Made by a program: the position numbers and the translations under genes | Shown here: positions 63,921 to 64,000 of the stretch, piece after piece | Numbering within the stretch: position 1 is the first letter of the stretch | Layout: each line of letters starts with the position of its first letter | Notes under the pieces: model-generated | The model's database searches: none | Told to the model about the DNA's origin: nothing | The model's input: only the letters and a program-made list of their open reading frames with translations | NCBI GenBank assembly: GCA_964270895.1 | Contig: OZ185435.1 | Origin: Podarcis filfolensis | Lineage: Eukaryota | Length of the DNA: 64,000 nucleotides | Reading direction: 5' to 3' (one strand)

Positions 63921-64000
63921 CAGTCAGATATCCATTCACCCGAGAGGAACTGGAAGGGATCCCAAGGGTCATCTAGTCCATCCCCCTGCAGTGCAGGAAT

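Noticed and set aside
62936-63976. Several overlapping long ORFs (168-296 aa) on both strands
   Set aside because: Low-complexity Ala/Gly/Pro/Arg shadows of a CpG island. Only the 30 codons of ANKRD13D exon 1 have family motifs and a splice donor.
1-64000. Prokaryotic-type systems (CRISPR arrays, operons, rRNA) or an intact autonomous transposon
   Set aside because: The window is intron-rich vertebrate DNA. I saw no regularly spaced repeats, rRNA sequence, or long transposase/RT ORFs.

Overview
Vertebrate genomic DNA, most likely a squamate lizard (inferred from the repeat content). I spliced four multi-exon genes by hand from GT-AG signals and reading-frame continuity: POLD4 (+, CDS 585-4026), an intact 17-exon Mondo-family bHLH-ZIP gene (-, CDS 19265-6880, about 740 aa), SSH3 (-, CDS 41567-21542) and ANKRD13D (-, CDS 63284-46467). 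The ANKRD13D-SSH3-POLD4 order and orientation match human 11q13 as I recall it, and I know of no Mondo gene in that human interval. The Mondo gene is therefore probably a third MLXIP/MLXIPL paralog lost in mammals. It keeps the glucose-sensing module and the Mlx-dimerisation regions, but the DNA-contacting His/Glu of its basic region have become Leu/Asp. It also has a likely U12-type intron 15 and a candidate ChREBP-beta-like upstream first exon. Introns hold MITEs, L2/CR1/RTE/Penelope remnants and tRNA-derived SINEs. Nearly all ORFs in the supplied track are partial exons or noise. No database searches were run; homolog sequences are quoted from memory.
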